From: the human T2T-CHM13v2.0 reference genome, Homo sapiens
Direction: 5' to 3' (one strand)
DNA length: 64,000 bases
NCBI RefSeq assembly: GCF_009914755.1
Contig: NC_060930.1
Shown piece after piece: positions 27,767-42,857 of the stretch (within the stretch, counting starts at the first letter, position 1; every line of letters starts with the position of its first letter). Under the pieces are notes generated by a model that saw nothing but the letters and a program-made list of their open reading frames with translations, had not been told where the DNA came from and did no database searches. Made by a program: the position numbers and the translations under genes.

Positions 27767-27969
27767 CTACCAAACATCCAAATCATAAGACTTAAAAAAC
27801 CTATAGAATTTCTAAATAAATAAATACATTTATTCATCTATTATCTCTAAGTATTACAAAATTCTTCCTATTATCAGAGTCACATGAAAACCTTTTAAAG
27901 GTTTGAAGAAAATTATCATAGCCGATCAACAGCTTTCTTGTTCTGAGGCTGAAAGATTATCCTTTCCTT

Positions 27970-28301
<332 letters not shown>

Positions 28302-28329
28302 CTAAACTCCTCATTTTTTTCTAGATACT

Positions 28330-28780
28330 CCTCTGGGGATCCCTTCAGGTTATTGGCAGTAAACTTAAAGTAAAGCCTTGACATTGAACTCAATGCTATA
28401 GGTCTGTTCTGATATCCAAGCAGAGTAAGATTGTCTTCCTCCATATTCCAGATTCTAGTTATGTATAAATGTAATTTAAGATTTCATTACTCCTTTTTAA
28501 AGCTATCTTGTCATATCATGAATCACATGGCAATTAAAATAAGCTAAAACCTTTTGCCCTTTCTCACACATGTAGTTTTTTAGTATTTCTCTTATATCCT
28601 ATACTCGTGCCTTTGAAGTTAATTTATTCCTATTGAATTTCATCCTCTTCAGTAGACTCCATAATTTCTCTGTTAAGACCAACTCAATCTCCTAGCACAC
28701 TAGCTAAGGTTGGTTCCTATTATTTGTAAGCCCTCAGACATCAAATACACTGACAGCTCAGCAAATTGGCATGTTCTCTT
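28330..28780 (-). mobile_element. CR1/L3-like remnant
   Basis: Degenerate similarity (ttcctattgaatttcatc..ccataatttctctgttaaga). Confidence 0.3.
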
Positions 28781-29022
28781 AGTATCTATTAACCCATAAT
28801 ATTGCAGAGGTCAGGGATGGTGCTCCCTATCGCTCTCTTTTTAATAAATCTATAGTATCTATGAATGTACCAGACATACATTATGTGCTCAATAAATGTT
28901 AGGTGTTTGTATACAAACCCCAAAAGTTGAGTCATTTGTGACGGGAAAATATCACTTACAGCACTTACATTCTTCCCTTCTTTGTGTCTGTTTGCTTATT
29001 TTGGGCTGCAATAACTTCATAT

Positions 29023-29463
29023 TGTTGCTTGTGGAGCGTGTCTAGGTTCTTAGTGTTTTGAAAAAAGAATTGGATAAAATGCATAAACAAGGCAAGGAAA
29101 GAATGAAGCAACAAGAGCAGAGATGTATTGAAAATGAAAGCACGCTCCACAGGGTGAGAACGGGCCAGAGCAAGCGGCTCAAGGGTCCGGTTACAGAATA
29201 TTCTGGGGAAGTATCCTCCGAAGGTTTCACATTTGTTACTTGGTGTATGCCCTATGTAAATGAAGAGGACAAAGTGAGATTACAAAGTTATTTACTTGGT
29301 GTACACCCTATCCAAATGAAGAGGATGTTTCCTGTCATAGCTGAAGTAGAGTTATAAAATTATTTGCTTGGTCTTAGAAAGCTTGGTCTTACAAAGTTTC
29401 CGTTTGATTTAGTTCTATGACGTCCTTAGGTTCCCTGCCCCGACCCCCTATTCTCCTGCCTCA
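29023..29463 (-). mobile_element. MER51-family ERV1 solo LTR
   Basis: Reverse complement starts tgaggcaggagaataggg..gcagggaacctaagg. TSD atat/gtat. Confidence 0.8.
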
Positions 29464-29709
29464 GTATCAATGTTAATTTTGCCCTTTCCCATCGGATTGG
29501 CATATCTTCTTTACAGAGAATATGGAAGCAAAATAGGAGTTGAGACATTTTATTTTCTTTCTGTTATTCATGCCACTAATCCACATTAGTGAAATAATGT
29601 CTTACTTCATCTTCTTGGTCCAAGAACAACTTTAAAAAGTCTTTTTGGTTTTCATGAACAATATCTGTAAGACTCCACTTGTTCCTGTATTTAGTCTTCT
29701 TTACACTCA

Positions 29710-30015
29710 CGGTAGAGTAAAGATGGCTGTAAATTCTTTGTCAATCTACTCAGCAAGAGGTGGATCTTGTTCTCGAACTCTTTGAAACTGGGCTAGACTT
29801 ATACCTGCTTGGACCATGGGGGTAGAGTCCCCATGGCGGTGATGGACTACAAAACTGGAGACAGCTTGGGTCTCTGAAAATCTTATGAAGCAGGTTCATA
29901 TACCCAGACTTTTGGTTTAGGGTGAAACTAACTTCAATTTTAAATTGAAGTGGGTTAAAACCACTGTCATTTTCAGTCCCTGCTTCATGTAGATAAACTT
30001 AATACTAATGGATAC
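29710..30015 (+). mobile_element. MLT1 (F/G-like) LTR remnant
   Basis: aagatggctgtaaattctttg..tttgaaactgggctagactt and a 3' gtagataa..aatac-like end. Confidence 0.4.
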
Positions 30016-30258
30016 AACTCTGTTAATTAAACTTAGATCCATAGTAGCAATGTCTTAAGTAAATTTCTTTTTTTAATGTTATTGTTGTTCTTTTATTTTA
30101 TGTTTGTTATTCAAATATCGAAGAGGAGATGGAGATGGGATGTACGTTGGACTCAGACAATAATCCAGCTGGTTGTTAAGACACAACGCAAGTCTGAAAC
30201 ACAAGACTTAAGTTATACTGGAAGAGTTCTCAGGGTTTGCCAATTTTCTTATGAGATA

Positions 30259-30368
30259 ATTATTATTATTATTACTTTTTAAGATGGAGTCTCACTCTGT
30301 CACCCAGGCTGGAGTGCAGTGGCGCAATCTCCTCTCACTGCAAGCTCCACCTCTCAGGTTCACGCCAT
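30259..30368 (-). mobile_element. Severely 5'-truncated AluY (right-arm end) with (ATT)n tail
   Basis: ctgcaagctccacc..ggttcacgccat. TSD atgaga(t/g)aatta. Confidence 0.85.
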
Positions 30369-30872
30369 GAGAGAATTATTATTTTTATGTCTTATTTTCT
30401 TTTACTCTTTCTCTGGAAACCATCAAGTCTTGTGTAGATTCCTAGACCTAATAGCACAAGAATGCAGTGCTACATTTTCCTCAATTATTTCTTATGTGTT
30501 AGCCTTGTTTCTCTAACAATACAATAAATACTATGAGGAAAGAGATGATATACTTTCTGTAGTATTCATGGTATTGGAAGCCATGAAAGGCACACAATAA
30601 AACTAAATTATGTTCAAATATCTGATACAGAGTCATTGAAAATATTGTCATTAATTTGGCTTATGTATTTTTCTTTAATTATCTCTTTATAATGCGTAAT
30701 GACTTTTGTTTTTGACCTATGGATCATTTTTAGGAATTCTTTTCAAAAGGATTGGTCATTATCTGTTTGAATATGTATCTGTGATACATGTATCATTTTC
30801 TCCTCTATAATTGTGAACATTGTAAATGGCGACATACAAATAAAATATGTGGTTAAGAATACATGGAAATCA

Positions 30873-31175
30873 GGCTAGGCGCAGTGGCTCATGCCTGTAA
30901 TCCCAGCACTTTGGGAGGCCAAGGCAGGTGGATCATTTGAGGTCAGGAGTTCAAAAGCAGCCTGGCCAACATGGTGAAACCCCATCTCTATTAAAAATAC
31001 AAAAATTACCTGGGGGTGCTGGTGGGTGCCAGTAATCCCAGCTACTAGGGAGGCTGAGGCAAGAGAATCACTTGAGCCCAGGAGGCAGAGGTTGCAGTGA
31101 GCAGAGACCGTGCCACTGCAATCCAGCCTGGAAGACAGAGCGAGACTCCATCTTGAACAAAACAAAACAAAACAA
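30873..31175 (+). mobile_element. AluS (Sx/Sz-like)
   Basis: Full dimer, (A4C)n tail, TSD aagaata(ca/tg)tggaaatca. Confidence 0.93.
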
Positions 31176-31949
31176 AAGAATATGTGGAAATCACATCCCA
31201 ATCAAAATTATGCATCATTTATGAAAACATTTATGTATGTAATTCTGACTTCTTTAAAATATCAACAAAAATCTCAATAGAATGAAAAAAGAGAGTTTGA
31301 AAAATGAAATAATAAATGCTTTGGGTTGCTTCTGGGAAATACTAAATAATCAGATCCTGCCTTATGATTAATATGTTAAAATGTACTGCAGTAATGTTTG
31401 TGTTATGGCAAAAATAAGCTTAACTCATTTTTCTGTTTATTATTCATTATTTTCTTAAATAGCCTCACATCAACCATTGGAGGTGTGCTGGAAAGTATTG
31501 TAGAAGGATACATAGTCACTATATTTGAGGTCAGTTAAAATAAAATTGGTCCACAGATTTAAGCCTAATAGATACAAATGATAACAGTCAGTAGAAATAT
31601 AAAAAGTAAAAAGTTTAATGTCTGACCCTTTCACTTTTGTATTAAAATATTTCCCTTCATGAGGGAATACCGGAATTACTAGATTGCAGTTTGGAAACTC
31701 ATTCAAGCAAGAGATTGCAACTGGGGGCTCCAAAGATAAAAATTAGGTTACTCTCTTCCCTTCTCTCTCTTTGAGGCCACAAAGAATTTTGACTCAATTT
31801 CTCTCTGTGCCTCTGCTTTATTTCTACCATCCTGCTTCCCCACCCACATCTCCAGGGGCTTCCTCTGCTCCAATTGCATAAGCTTTGTCCCAGCTGCTCC
31901 AAAACAATGTTATCCTGACCCTTGTGTTAGTAACGTTGATAACGATAAT

Positions 31950-32185
31950 TATAATTGATATTTACTAAACTTTTATTATGGCATTGAGGTGAGCACTATG
32001 TATTATTTAATCATGACACCTCCCCCCGTAAAGTAAGTGCTATTATTTTCTCCACTTTTCAAATAGGTAACTGAGGCTGAGAGATGTTTAATAACTTATG
32101 TAACATCACACAGCTAATGAAGAATAGGGCTAGAACTCAAATCCAAAGTCTGTTTGATTGCAAAGCCCATACTATGCTGCTTCCA
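31950..32185 (-). mobile_element. MIR
   Basis: ggtaactgaggctgagagatgtttaataactt..cacagcta..aactcaaatcc. Confidence 0.7.
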
Positions 32186-32308
32186 ATTGCCACAGAGAAA
32201 TGCATAAAATAGCAGGCTGCAAGTGAGTTCTGCCAGGGTCGAAGAACAGGAGGCTAGTGATGAAATTGTTGGGGGTACAATGGGATATGTGGTTAAAAAC
32301 TGTGGTTC

Positions 32309-32612
32309 AGCCGGGCACAGTGGCTCATACCTCTAATCCTAACAGTTTGGGAGGCCAAAGTGGGCATATCACCTGAGGTCAGGAGTTCAAGATCAGCCTG
32401 GTCAACATGGCAAAACCCTGCTTCTACTAAAAATACAAATATTAGCCGGGCATGGTGGCACACTACTTAGGAGTCTGAGGCAGAAGAATTTCTTGAACCC
32501 AGGAGACACAGGTTGCAGTGAGCCGAGATTGCACCACTGCCCTCCAGCCTGGGCGGCAGAATGAGACTCTGTCTCAAAAAAAAGAAAAAATGAAAAACAA
32601 ACAAAAACAACA
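32309..32612 (+). mobile_element. AluSx-like with ~15-bp internal deletion
   Basis: gtggcacac joins directly to tacttagg. TSD aaaaact(g/a)tggt(t/c)ca. Confidence 0.9.
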
Positions 32613-32695
32613 AAAAACTATGGTCCAAGTCTAGGTACTGCAATGAAACAAACCTTAATTCTAAACTTCCTGGCAATGAAGTCAAAAAGGGATCA

Positions 32696-33027
<332 letters not shown>

Positions 33028-33059
33028 CTATTTCATTGAAAAAAAAAGCATACTAAAAA

Positions 33060-34030
33060 TTTCGTTTGTTCAAACACTTTTTGTGTGAGCATGTACCATG
33101 CCTATTATTTTGAGGGGCAGTGGGGATATAAATAATAAGATCAAGTGTCCTGCTTTCCAAGAACTTACAGATTAAGCGAAAGATAGCTTTGTAAACAGAC
33201 AATATGGATATAATAGTGTGATCAGGCAAGCACTGCTGTTCTGGGAACATGGAAGAGGAGGCCATCGGCCATCCTATAGCAATCAGGGAAGGTTTCAGGA
33301 ACAGGTGATTCCTGAGTTGAATTATAAATGACCAACTACATTTTCCAGGCAAAGCATGAAGGAAAGAGCTTTCAAAGTAGAAAAGCTTAGGTGGGAAGGC
33401 CTGGATTTAAGCATGTGGCTTCTTCTAGAGTGTGGCAAAAGCAAGACGTGAGATGAGGATGAGGAAGTAGGCAGGAAGCAGATTATAAAGAGCTTTTCAT
33501 GTAACCTGAAAAGCTTAAATTTTACCCTGAAAACATGGGAGGAGCCATTGGAAGGTCACAAGAGAATGACATAATCAGGTTTTTGCTTTAGAAAGCTGAT
33601 TTTGGAAATGGATTAAAAAGAGTATGACCATAAAAATCCATTTAGAAGTCTTTTGCACGGATCTAGGTAAGAAATAATGAGCTCAAACTCAGAAGATAGA
33701 AGGGTTTAGAGAAAGGGGTGGATGTGAGAGACATCAAAGAGGCAAAACTTAGACACAAGATTGGTTGTGGGGGTGAGAGTGTGGAAAGTGTTAATGCTTC
33801 CCAGGTAGTTGGAGATGCCATTCACTGAATTAATCAAAAGGGACAACAGATCCTCATGGGAGTGGGATCTTTAACACTGATTAACAGTGATCTCCATTTG
33901 TACACGTCAGGCATGCAGTGCCTGTAGAACAACCATGTAGAGGTGTGCCATAGGCTCAGGACTGAGGCCTGAGCCAAGATACGCATTTAAGGGGCATCAA
34001 CATATAGGTGGTAGCTGAAGCCATGTGAGT
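33060..34030 (-). mobile_element. L2 fragment
   Basis: ttcgtttgttcaaacac..tgagc start. Body motifs ggagccattggaagg..gacataatcag..gatgccattcactga. Confidence 0.65.
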
Positions 34031-34360
34031 GACTCTGGGTGAATCCAAACTGTCCTTCATACAAGGAATACTGAAATACATGGTGGATAATATTGCCAAA
34101 AGTGCTTTACAGGTGATTTAAACTGTTGGTCACATTTATATTCTTAAATTCACCTTCAATAACAGATGGTAATAGAACATTAAATCGTAGCTGTGTAAAG
34201 ATATTTCTCCCAGGAGCAAAACTAATATAATTTAGATATGCAGTTTTCTGGGGAGATCTAAAAAGTATTTTAAAATACCTGACTTCCCATTAGAATCACT
34301 GCAAATGCTTCTGAAAAATTCCAAGCTGTGCTAATTCAGTTAGTCTGGGGAGGGTCCCAG

Positions 34361-34514
34361 ATATGTGTGTATGTACATATACACGTGTGTGTATGTACAT
34401 ATACACGTGTGTGTATGTACATATACACGTGTGTGTATGTACATATACACGTGTGTGTATGTACATATACACGTGTGTGTGTACATATACACGTGTGTGT
34501 GTGTGTGTGTGTAT
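34361..34514. repeat. 22-bp VNTR (gtgtgtgtatgtacatatacac) x ~6 plus (GT)n, inside a MER5A-like element
   Basis: Units start at 34363, 34385, 34407, 34429, 34451 and 34473 (last is 20 bp). Flanks aattcagttagtctggggagggtcccag / ttcaagtaattct are MER5A-like. Confidence 0.92.
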
Positions 34515-35225
34515 TCTTCAAGTAATTCTATCATACAGCTAGAAATAAACGATTGGCGTGTCCCCAGACAATTCCTCCTGAATATCAGTTGTCTCAGCTG
34601 GGTTTTGAACAAGAGCTCTAAAGCAAACAATTCATGACTAGGTGAGTCATACACTTCAGATTCCAAGCATCTTGCTAGCAAAGATGATATTTTTGTATAA
34701 AAACTAAATAGCCTGCCATGAGTTTTTGCTTAACCAGATGGAAAATATCCCTCTTGTACATAAAGGTTCTGGAGTGCAGAGAAAAGGACCAAGACATCCT
34801 TTAAGAAGTAGCTTTAAACTCACTGAAATGCTCATATGGCAGAATTGATTCTTCAGGGTTGTGCCACGTAAGACAGATGAGAGATGACTTTGACAGAGAT
34901 ATTTTGAAGGCAAATTCTCATATACGCTATTTATAGATTACCTGTGAAATGGATTAAAACTCATTACATGTTTTAAACACTAAAATTATTCTGATTTTAA
35001 TTTAACCTTTGATGATTCAGAAGACACATTAGGATCAGAATGTCATAAGGTTGGTATCAGGAACATCAGCTATTATATTGAAATTGCATGGCAGTGCTGG
35101 TTAAAAACATCTCTTAACAAAGTTTACTGCATGAAATACCAGTGAGAGTTTTGCTTCTGGCCATAAGGAACTAGCTTGCAGCAGATCAATTCTTCCACCA
35201 AGAACAAGTAGAAAAGCTGGATAAA

Positions 35226-35227
<2 letters not shown>

Positions 35228-35257
<30 letters not shown>
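35228..35257. repeat. (CA)n microsatellite, ~15 units
   Basis: Directly visible. Confidence 0.95.
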
Positions 35258-35259
<2 letters not shown>

Positions 35260-35430
35260 AAGGCCACCAGAAAGTTACTAAGGTAGTCAGGACTTAGGGT
35301 TACAGATTATGAAGAAAAGGGAAGCACAAAGTGAATTCAGTGTTCTGCATTTTTTTCTCCTTGAGAGATTTGCTGATTCATAAATGGCATTAGTGAAGGG
35401 AATGAAAAGACAAGTGGAAAGGAGCTGTTA

Positions 35431-35726
<296 letters not shown>

Positions 35727-36789
35727 GAAAGAAGCTGTTAAGGACCAGAGAATACAAGTAGAACTTTCAGCAGTTTAACAGGACTGAGAAGATAACAATT
35801 AGAATTCAAGGCTAGCTAAGTAAAGAAGCCCTAGAAAATGCCCAGACTTTCACTGACCCTGAAGGAGTATGACTTATGAGTATGGTCAAATTGGAAATAG
35901 ACCAGACCTTATGAATTAGCTCAGTCCCTGATTGGATTAAGGTGATTGTCTCCTCTCTAATTGCCTACCAGATGCTAAGGAAAATCCTTTTCAGATGTAG
36001 ATATCATTTAGATTTGCAGCATCAATACAAAGTAAATACAAAGAAAACTACATTTAGGTACATCATAATAAGATTACTGAAAACCAAGGACAGAGAAAAA
36101 TCTTAAAAACAGCTACAATAAAAAAAGACACATTACCTTGAAAAGTGCAACTATAAGACTTACCACTGACTTTCCAATAGGAGAGAGAAAATCCAGGAGA
36201 CAATGGAAAAAATATTGGTAATGTGCTGAAAGAAAATAACTGCCAATCAGAATTCCTTAAGCTATAGGTGAGTGCAGTGGAAGAAGAATGACATCATAAG
36301 TGGTGCTGGGCCAACTGGATACCTACAATGAAAAGAGTAAATTTTGACCCCTCCCTGCATACCGTATATAAAAAAATCACTTGCAGGTGGGTTACAGATC
36401 TAAATATCAAAGGGAAATATTTTCATGACTTTATGTAAGCACATCTTTCTTAAACAGAATACAGAATGCACTGTAAAGGAAACAATTGATTTACTGCATA
36501 AATTAAAATTAAGAACTTCTGTTCATCAAAGGTACCATTAAGAGAGTGAGAGGATAAACCACGAAGTAGGTAGAGATATTTGCAATTAGTATGGCTGAAA
36601 GGAACTCATATCCTGAAAATATAAAAAATTCTGTCAAGTCCATAGGAATGACTCCAAAGAAAAATGACTTAGTATACTCCATTGCAATTTCACAATCATG
36701 GATATCCAACGGCCCATCCTCCTATTGGTCATCATCAGGGAAATACAAAATAGAGACTCAATAATACATCAACGACCACTCACCAGAAT

Positions 36790-37132
36790 ATATCGTATAT
36801 ATTATATATATATATGTATAAAATATATATATAGACAGTTATATATATATATAGATGGAGTCCCACTTGGTTGCAGCCTGGAATGTAGTGGCATGGTCTC
36901 GGCTCACTGCAACCTCTGCCTCCTGGGTTCAAGCAATTCTTGCCTCAGCCTCCCAAGTAGCTGGGATTACAGGCACCCGCCACCACACCTGGGCAATTTT
37001 TTGTACTTTTTTTTAGTAGAGACAGGGTTTCACCATCTTGGCCAGGCTGGTCTTGAACTCCTGACCTCATGATCCACCTGCCTTGGCCTCCCAAAGTGCT
37101 GGGATTACAGGTGTGAGCCACCACACCCGGCT
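36790..37132 (-). mobile_element. AluSg-like whose tail has become a (TA)n-rich tract (36790-36852)
   Basis: Antisense Alu body 36853-37132, TSD core agaatat. Confidence 0.88.
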
Positions 37133-37247
37133 GAGAATATTTTTTAAAAGTTTTAAAGGGAGCAATGTCAATTTTTGACAAAATTGTGAAGCCATGGAAC
37201 TTTTACCTAGTTGGTGAAAATGTAGACTGTTTGGTAGTATAGGAGAC

Positions 37248-37590
37248 ATTGTTGGTGCCCTGCCTGTATCTTCTCAGCATTCACCACTTCCATGCACTCT
37301 AGCCCAGCAGTTTCCAACAGAAAAAATATTAGTGACTTTGTGTGAGGACTTCCTTTAGGTGCCAGTACTAGCTTGTCCGGCACATGGGGCAGACCAAAAG
37401 AGGTGGGGAGTTAATATCCCCTAGGAGATGGCCTCAATCAGTGACTGATGGGTGTTAATAGGTAAATATCCTAGCCCCTCACCCTTCAGTTGGGACAACA
37501 CTGAGGTGTGTTCTGTACTGCCTCCCAGAGTTTCCTAGTTTGGTTGAGTCTCAGTTGCCTGCAAAAGGAATCTGTCTGATAATGATAGAG
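37248..37590 (+). mobile_element. LTR16-family (ERVL) fragment
   Basis: gggagttaatatcccc..cctcaatcagtgactgatggg..gggacaacactgaggtgtgttct. Confidence 0.6.
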
Positions 37591-38072
37591 TGATTTCAGA
37601 CTCACTGCTGTCAGAGGTCCAGGGAGTTTCATCAATTTCTCATGCCAATTTTTGGCTTAATATTCCTATGCCATAGAGATGGTATTAGTTCAGGACCCAT
37701 ATCCATATATGGTGCAGGCCTGGAGGCTTTAATTTGTCATGGACAACTGGCCTCCCTCCTCAGCTAAAGCCTTGGACAAACAGCAAGCTTCTGTTTGTTT
37801 CTGATGGACAAAGTTTTTTAGCCCTCATTTTATGAACAAGGCAGTTCTTCAGGCTCAAGGTTTCACACAAGGAATTCATTTCCAACCTCACACAAGCCCA
37901 AGCTCATGTCTTTTGTTCCCAGCCCCTGGCCTTCAGAGCCCACATCTGATCTGAAGCTCATTTGAGCAGTGGTATCATCTCCTGATTACGGCTCTGTCTT
38001 AAATTTCTTTCTTCATTTTTGCCCCAGGGGATTTTCCTTTCTTTTTTTGAGCTCAGCTACCATAGTAGATGC

Positions 38073-38490
38073 TGTCAGCCCCTGACTTTGCAGTACTAGC
38101 TCTACCTGCTAAAGGCTACCTATAACCCTCACCTCTGGCTTTCTGCCTGAGAGGTTTGTGTTGGCTGTGGAGCACATCATCCTGCAGGCAAGCTAGAAAT
38201 GCTGAAGAATACACCCTCTCACCCTCCTAGTGCATTTCCCAGACATTGATTGACAGGGATTTGGTAGAGGAATACCTTAGTTTCTTCACCTCTCAGCTGC
38301 AATAACTGAGACATGTTCTATTCAGCTCGTTACTCACAGTGGTAACTTGTTGGATAATACATTGTTTAAGGGCTTTCTTTCATTTTTCTATGTCTCCATT
38401 TCGACTTCCAGTGCATCCTGGAATCACTGCCTAAACAAACTATTGACATTCAAATCTTTGTCTTGGGACTGCTTCTTGAGCATAGGCAGC
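38073..38490 (+). mobile_element. LTR16-family (ERVL) fragment
   Basis: 3' motif tcctggaatcactgcctaaacaaacta..cattcaaatctttgtcttgggactgcttc. Confidence 0.55.
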
Positions 38491-39634
38491 ATCAACTATA
38501 GCAAATCATATGAATAACCTGTGACCCAGAAATTCCTCTCCTGAGTACATTTACAATGGAAATCTATACAAGTGTATGCTAAATAACGTGTACAAAAATA
38601 TCTATAGGAGTATATTCATAATGCTCCAAGGTAGAAACAACACAAATGAACATCAAACATAAAATGATAAATAGATGGTGGTATAGTCACACAATGGAAT
38701 GCTATACCTCAAAATGGATGAGTAAAATGAACATAACAACATAATAACATAAACATAAACAACAACATAACAATGCAGATGAATCTTGCAATTATGTTGA
38801 GCAAAAGAAGTCAGACTCAAAAGTATACATTTGGATTCCTTGTATTGCGGTGTTGGTGCTGTATCATTACTGAGGCAATAAAATGCAACCCAGAGTATAA
38901 ACTATTTAATAAGTGAAAAATGAAATAATTTATACTATAATAGGAAAAAATAAGAAAGAGCTAATTTGGGTTTTCTTCCCCTTAAACATGATCTGAATTG
39001 TTAGGTGATCATGTTTGTGAATATATTTATTGTTTTACAATACTAGCCTTAAAATCCATGATATTCACTTATTTACTGATGTGCTTTATAATGTTAATAT
39101 CTTAGTGGCCTTTTTTCTCAGTATCTGATTAATTACAAGCATACAATGACATCCGTGTTATGTAAGTGCCTCTCATTTTAATTGATGTAAATAAAAAAGT
39201 ATGGCACAGGCTTTTCAAGTTTAACAAGCAGAAATTAATAAATGGATGGTTCACATTTTAAGTCATCAACATATCAAAAAGCAACCAGGGCAATTGCAGG
39301 TAACTTTTGGTTGAGATAATTGGTTTGCTGCTCCAGATTGAATCCTTTGGGGTCAACAATTTCTTCAGTAACCATATTAGCATATTTTAATACCTGTTGA
39401 ATTTAGAGACTGCCTAATATGCTTAGTAAATGGAATTGCTATTTACAGTTATTAGCATATTCAATCTTCATCCTAGCTACAAGACACTGAAAGCATTATT
39501 AAAATCCCTTTGCAGTAACAGAATCTCTGTGAATGTCTAAGATCATTTTATTATGGAGCAAGCCAGAAAATATACTCCCTTCTTTTGAAGAGAACATTTT
39601 CCCTTTAGGCACGGGCTCCTAGGTGGGCCACCTG

Positions 39635-40000
39635 AGAGGTAGCACATTGTGGGCTGTAGAATCACATTGCATGGGTTTGAATTCTGGGTCAATTACTCAG
39701 GAGTTGAGTAACCTTGGGCTAGTTAGTTAGGCTCTCTATGCCTCAGTTTCTTTGTCTGTAAAATCAGAATAATACCAGTACAAGTTATAGTGAAGCTTAA
39801 ATAAATACAATGCTCTTTGAACTGTGCCTGGCACTAATTAGGCACTTTCATTTATTCAACTAATATCTATTAAGCACCTACTATGTGCCAGGGACTATCT
39901 AGGTATTTGAATACATCAGTAAACAAAGCAAAGATTCCTGCCGTAATGGAGTTTATTTATCTTCTAGCTAGGGAGACAAACAATAAACATAACATAAAAG
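39635..40000. mobile_element. MIR (+, 39635-39850) followed by an L2 3' fragment (-)
   Basis: gggtttgaattctgg..accttgggc..tgcctcagtttctttgtctgtaaaat, then catttattcaac..taagcacctactatgtgccagg. Confidence 0.65.
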
Positions 40001-41264
40001 TGGTCAGGGTGGGTCTGAGAAGTGGTGGCTTCTGGCAGTGGTGGCAGATGTTGACTGAATTTCTCTCGCTGGAAGAATTTCTATATTGGTGTGAGTAGGC
40101 TGGTCACCAGAATCAGGCACAAGCCCTATGCCTGGCAATAATTCAAGGAGGAAGATCCTCTAGACATCTCCACACTTCACCAAGACACTCCACTAAGTTA
40201 CATGAGGGGAAGGATGGGAAGTCCACTTAAATGGGAAAGAAGAGATAGGAGGTAAGAAAAAAAAAAATTTCCTGTTTCTTCTCCTCTGTGTATTCTAAAT
40301 CCCTTCTCTATCTTTCCAAAATGTATTTCTAGCATACCTAGGATATACATGTGTGTATGTAACCTGGTATGTGTTTGTGTGCCTGTGTATCTGTGTGAGT
40401 TTTAAGCAACCCCCACTGTTGGAGCTATGATGTATAGAGTCAGTTATAAATGAAATATATTAGCAATGCTTTCAGCACATTATAGGAATAAGTTAGCCAA
40501 AGAGTTTGCAAAAGTCTCCAGAGGGCATAGAAAAATTTAATTGCCTCTCCTTGCCTGTGCCTGGCTTTTGGAGAATAACATCAGCTGCTTTTTGAGTAAG
40601 AAGCATGCCTCACTTCATGATTCTCCAGGTAACTGGCCAGTTTCCACGGCTGAATTGATTTTGTTCCAAGTTTTCTGTGCATTATTAAATAGTATGTGGT
40701 GACTAATTGTCTCCCGAGGTCTTTAAGGCTCACAGCCAAGATCGATTCTTCAATGCAAGTCAACGTGACTCTATTCCCTGTCTTGCCATGGCTCATGGCT
40801 ACATTGTCTTTTTGTGTCTTAGGAGCCACACATCTGGTAACTGCTCCTTTCCTCTTTAGCCCTCCCTGACTGCATCTGCCCTTCTTCAGGAAGTTTTGGA
40901 AAGATTGCCAAAAGCACATGAATGCAAGCACCAAAACCCTTCTGTTGTCTCAGCCATTTGCAAGTAATTTAACAATGTACAAATTGTTTAAAACCTATGT
41001 AGCCAGAGTTCTCAGAACCTCCAATCATACATTAGTACTTGCTGCTATGGCAATCTGTGGGCATGTTTTTCCACTCCTCTGAGCACTTCATTGACTTTTT
41101 TTCTATTATCATCTACATCAAATTCATGTTTACCCAACCTAAATTGTGTGGGCATTATCTTTCTTTCCTCTGGTTTTCATGATTCAGCCAGCAGAATTTC
41201 ACTGAAGACACCTTTCCCTCACTGCAGTTCCTTCACCTTTTATTGGCTGCTCCATTTTCTCCAC

Positions 41265-41450
41265 AATAATTATTGAGCACCTACTATGTGCCAGATGTTC
41301 TTCCTTCCAAGCCTCAGGCAACTCTTCAGGCATTATTAATCTTTTTATATCAATGAGGAAACTGAGGAATAAAGGAAGCAAGTTATTGGCTCAAGGCAAA
41401 CAAATACCAAGTTGAAAGAGCAGAATTCTAATCTAGATCTGCTTCACAGC
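41265..41450 (-). mobile_element. MIR/L2 fragment
   Basis: ttattgagcacctactatgtgccag and atgaggaaactgagg. Confidence 0.6.
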
Positions 41451-41979
41451 TCCTTTCCATTCCCTGCCTGGCCTTTTCTGCCAAACGGCACCTTATTCTC
41501 AGAATATCCTTTTTCATATATCCATAGGCTGCCTCCATTTGTTTTTTCTAGATCTCTAGACTCAAATCTGCCAAAGAGTCTAGCCTATCTCAGCCATATT
41601 TGTGAGTGGAATAAATACTTAAACGGCCCTACAGTTGCAACAGCAATAAACTCCCCTCTAGTGAAAATTCTAGTATATCTTGATGTGGCCACATAGATAG
41701 TGTTTACTAGAGAGAGGGCACCTAGCTTAGTCAGATCTCAAGAACTGGATCCTCTCCTTTATGTCAGGTCAAGACTAGCTTTGCACTCCCTGGGGTGCAG
41801 GAGAAAGACAAGTCTTCCTTTATTTCCTAAGGCAGTGTCTTAGGACTTTAATTGTGCTGAAGGACAAGAGTGAAGCGGTGAGGGGGCATTTATACCAGTG
41901 GGAGGTTTTGACACCAATGTCTTTAGATGAAGGAAACCCAGAGAACCAGAAATCTAATTTTCTATCTTCTACAGGTTGA

Positions 41980-42291
<312 letters not shown>

Positions 42292-42324
42292 CAACAAAGC
42301 ACAGCTTTTATTTTAAAAGTTTTA

Positions 42325-42754
<430 letters not shown>

Positions 42755-42857
42755 TTAATGTATGTATGTCTGTAGTAGAAGTTCTTTTTCCCAGAGTGTG
42801 TAATTTGTGTAAGTCCAGTCATAATTGGCTAAACAGGCCAGATCTGCAGTACCTATC

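Noticed and set aside
34328-34681. Four overlapping repetitive ORFs (HTHTCIC / VCVYIY)
   Set aside because: Artefacts of a stop-free purine-pyrimidine VNTR.
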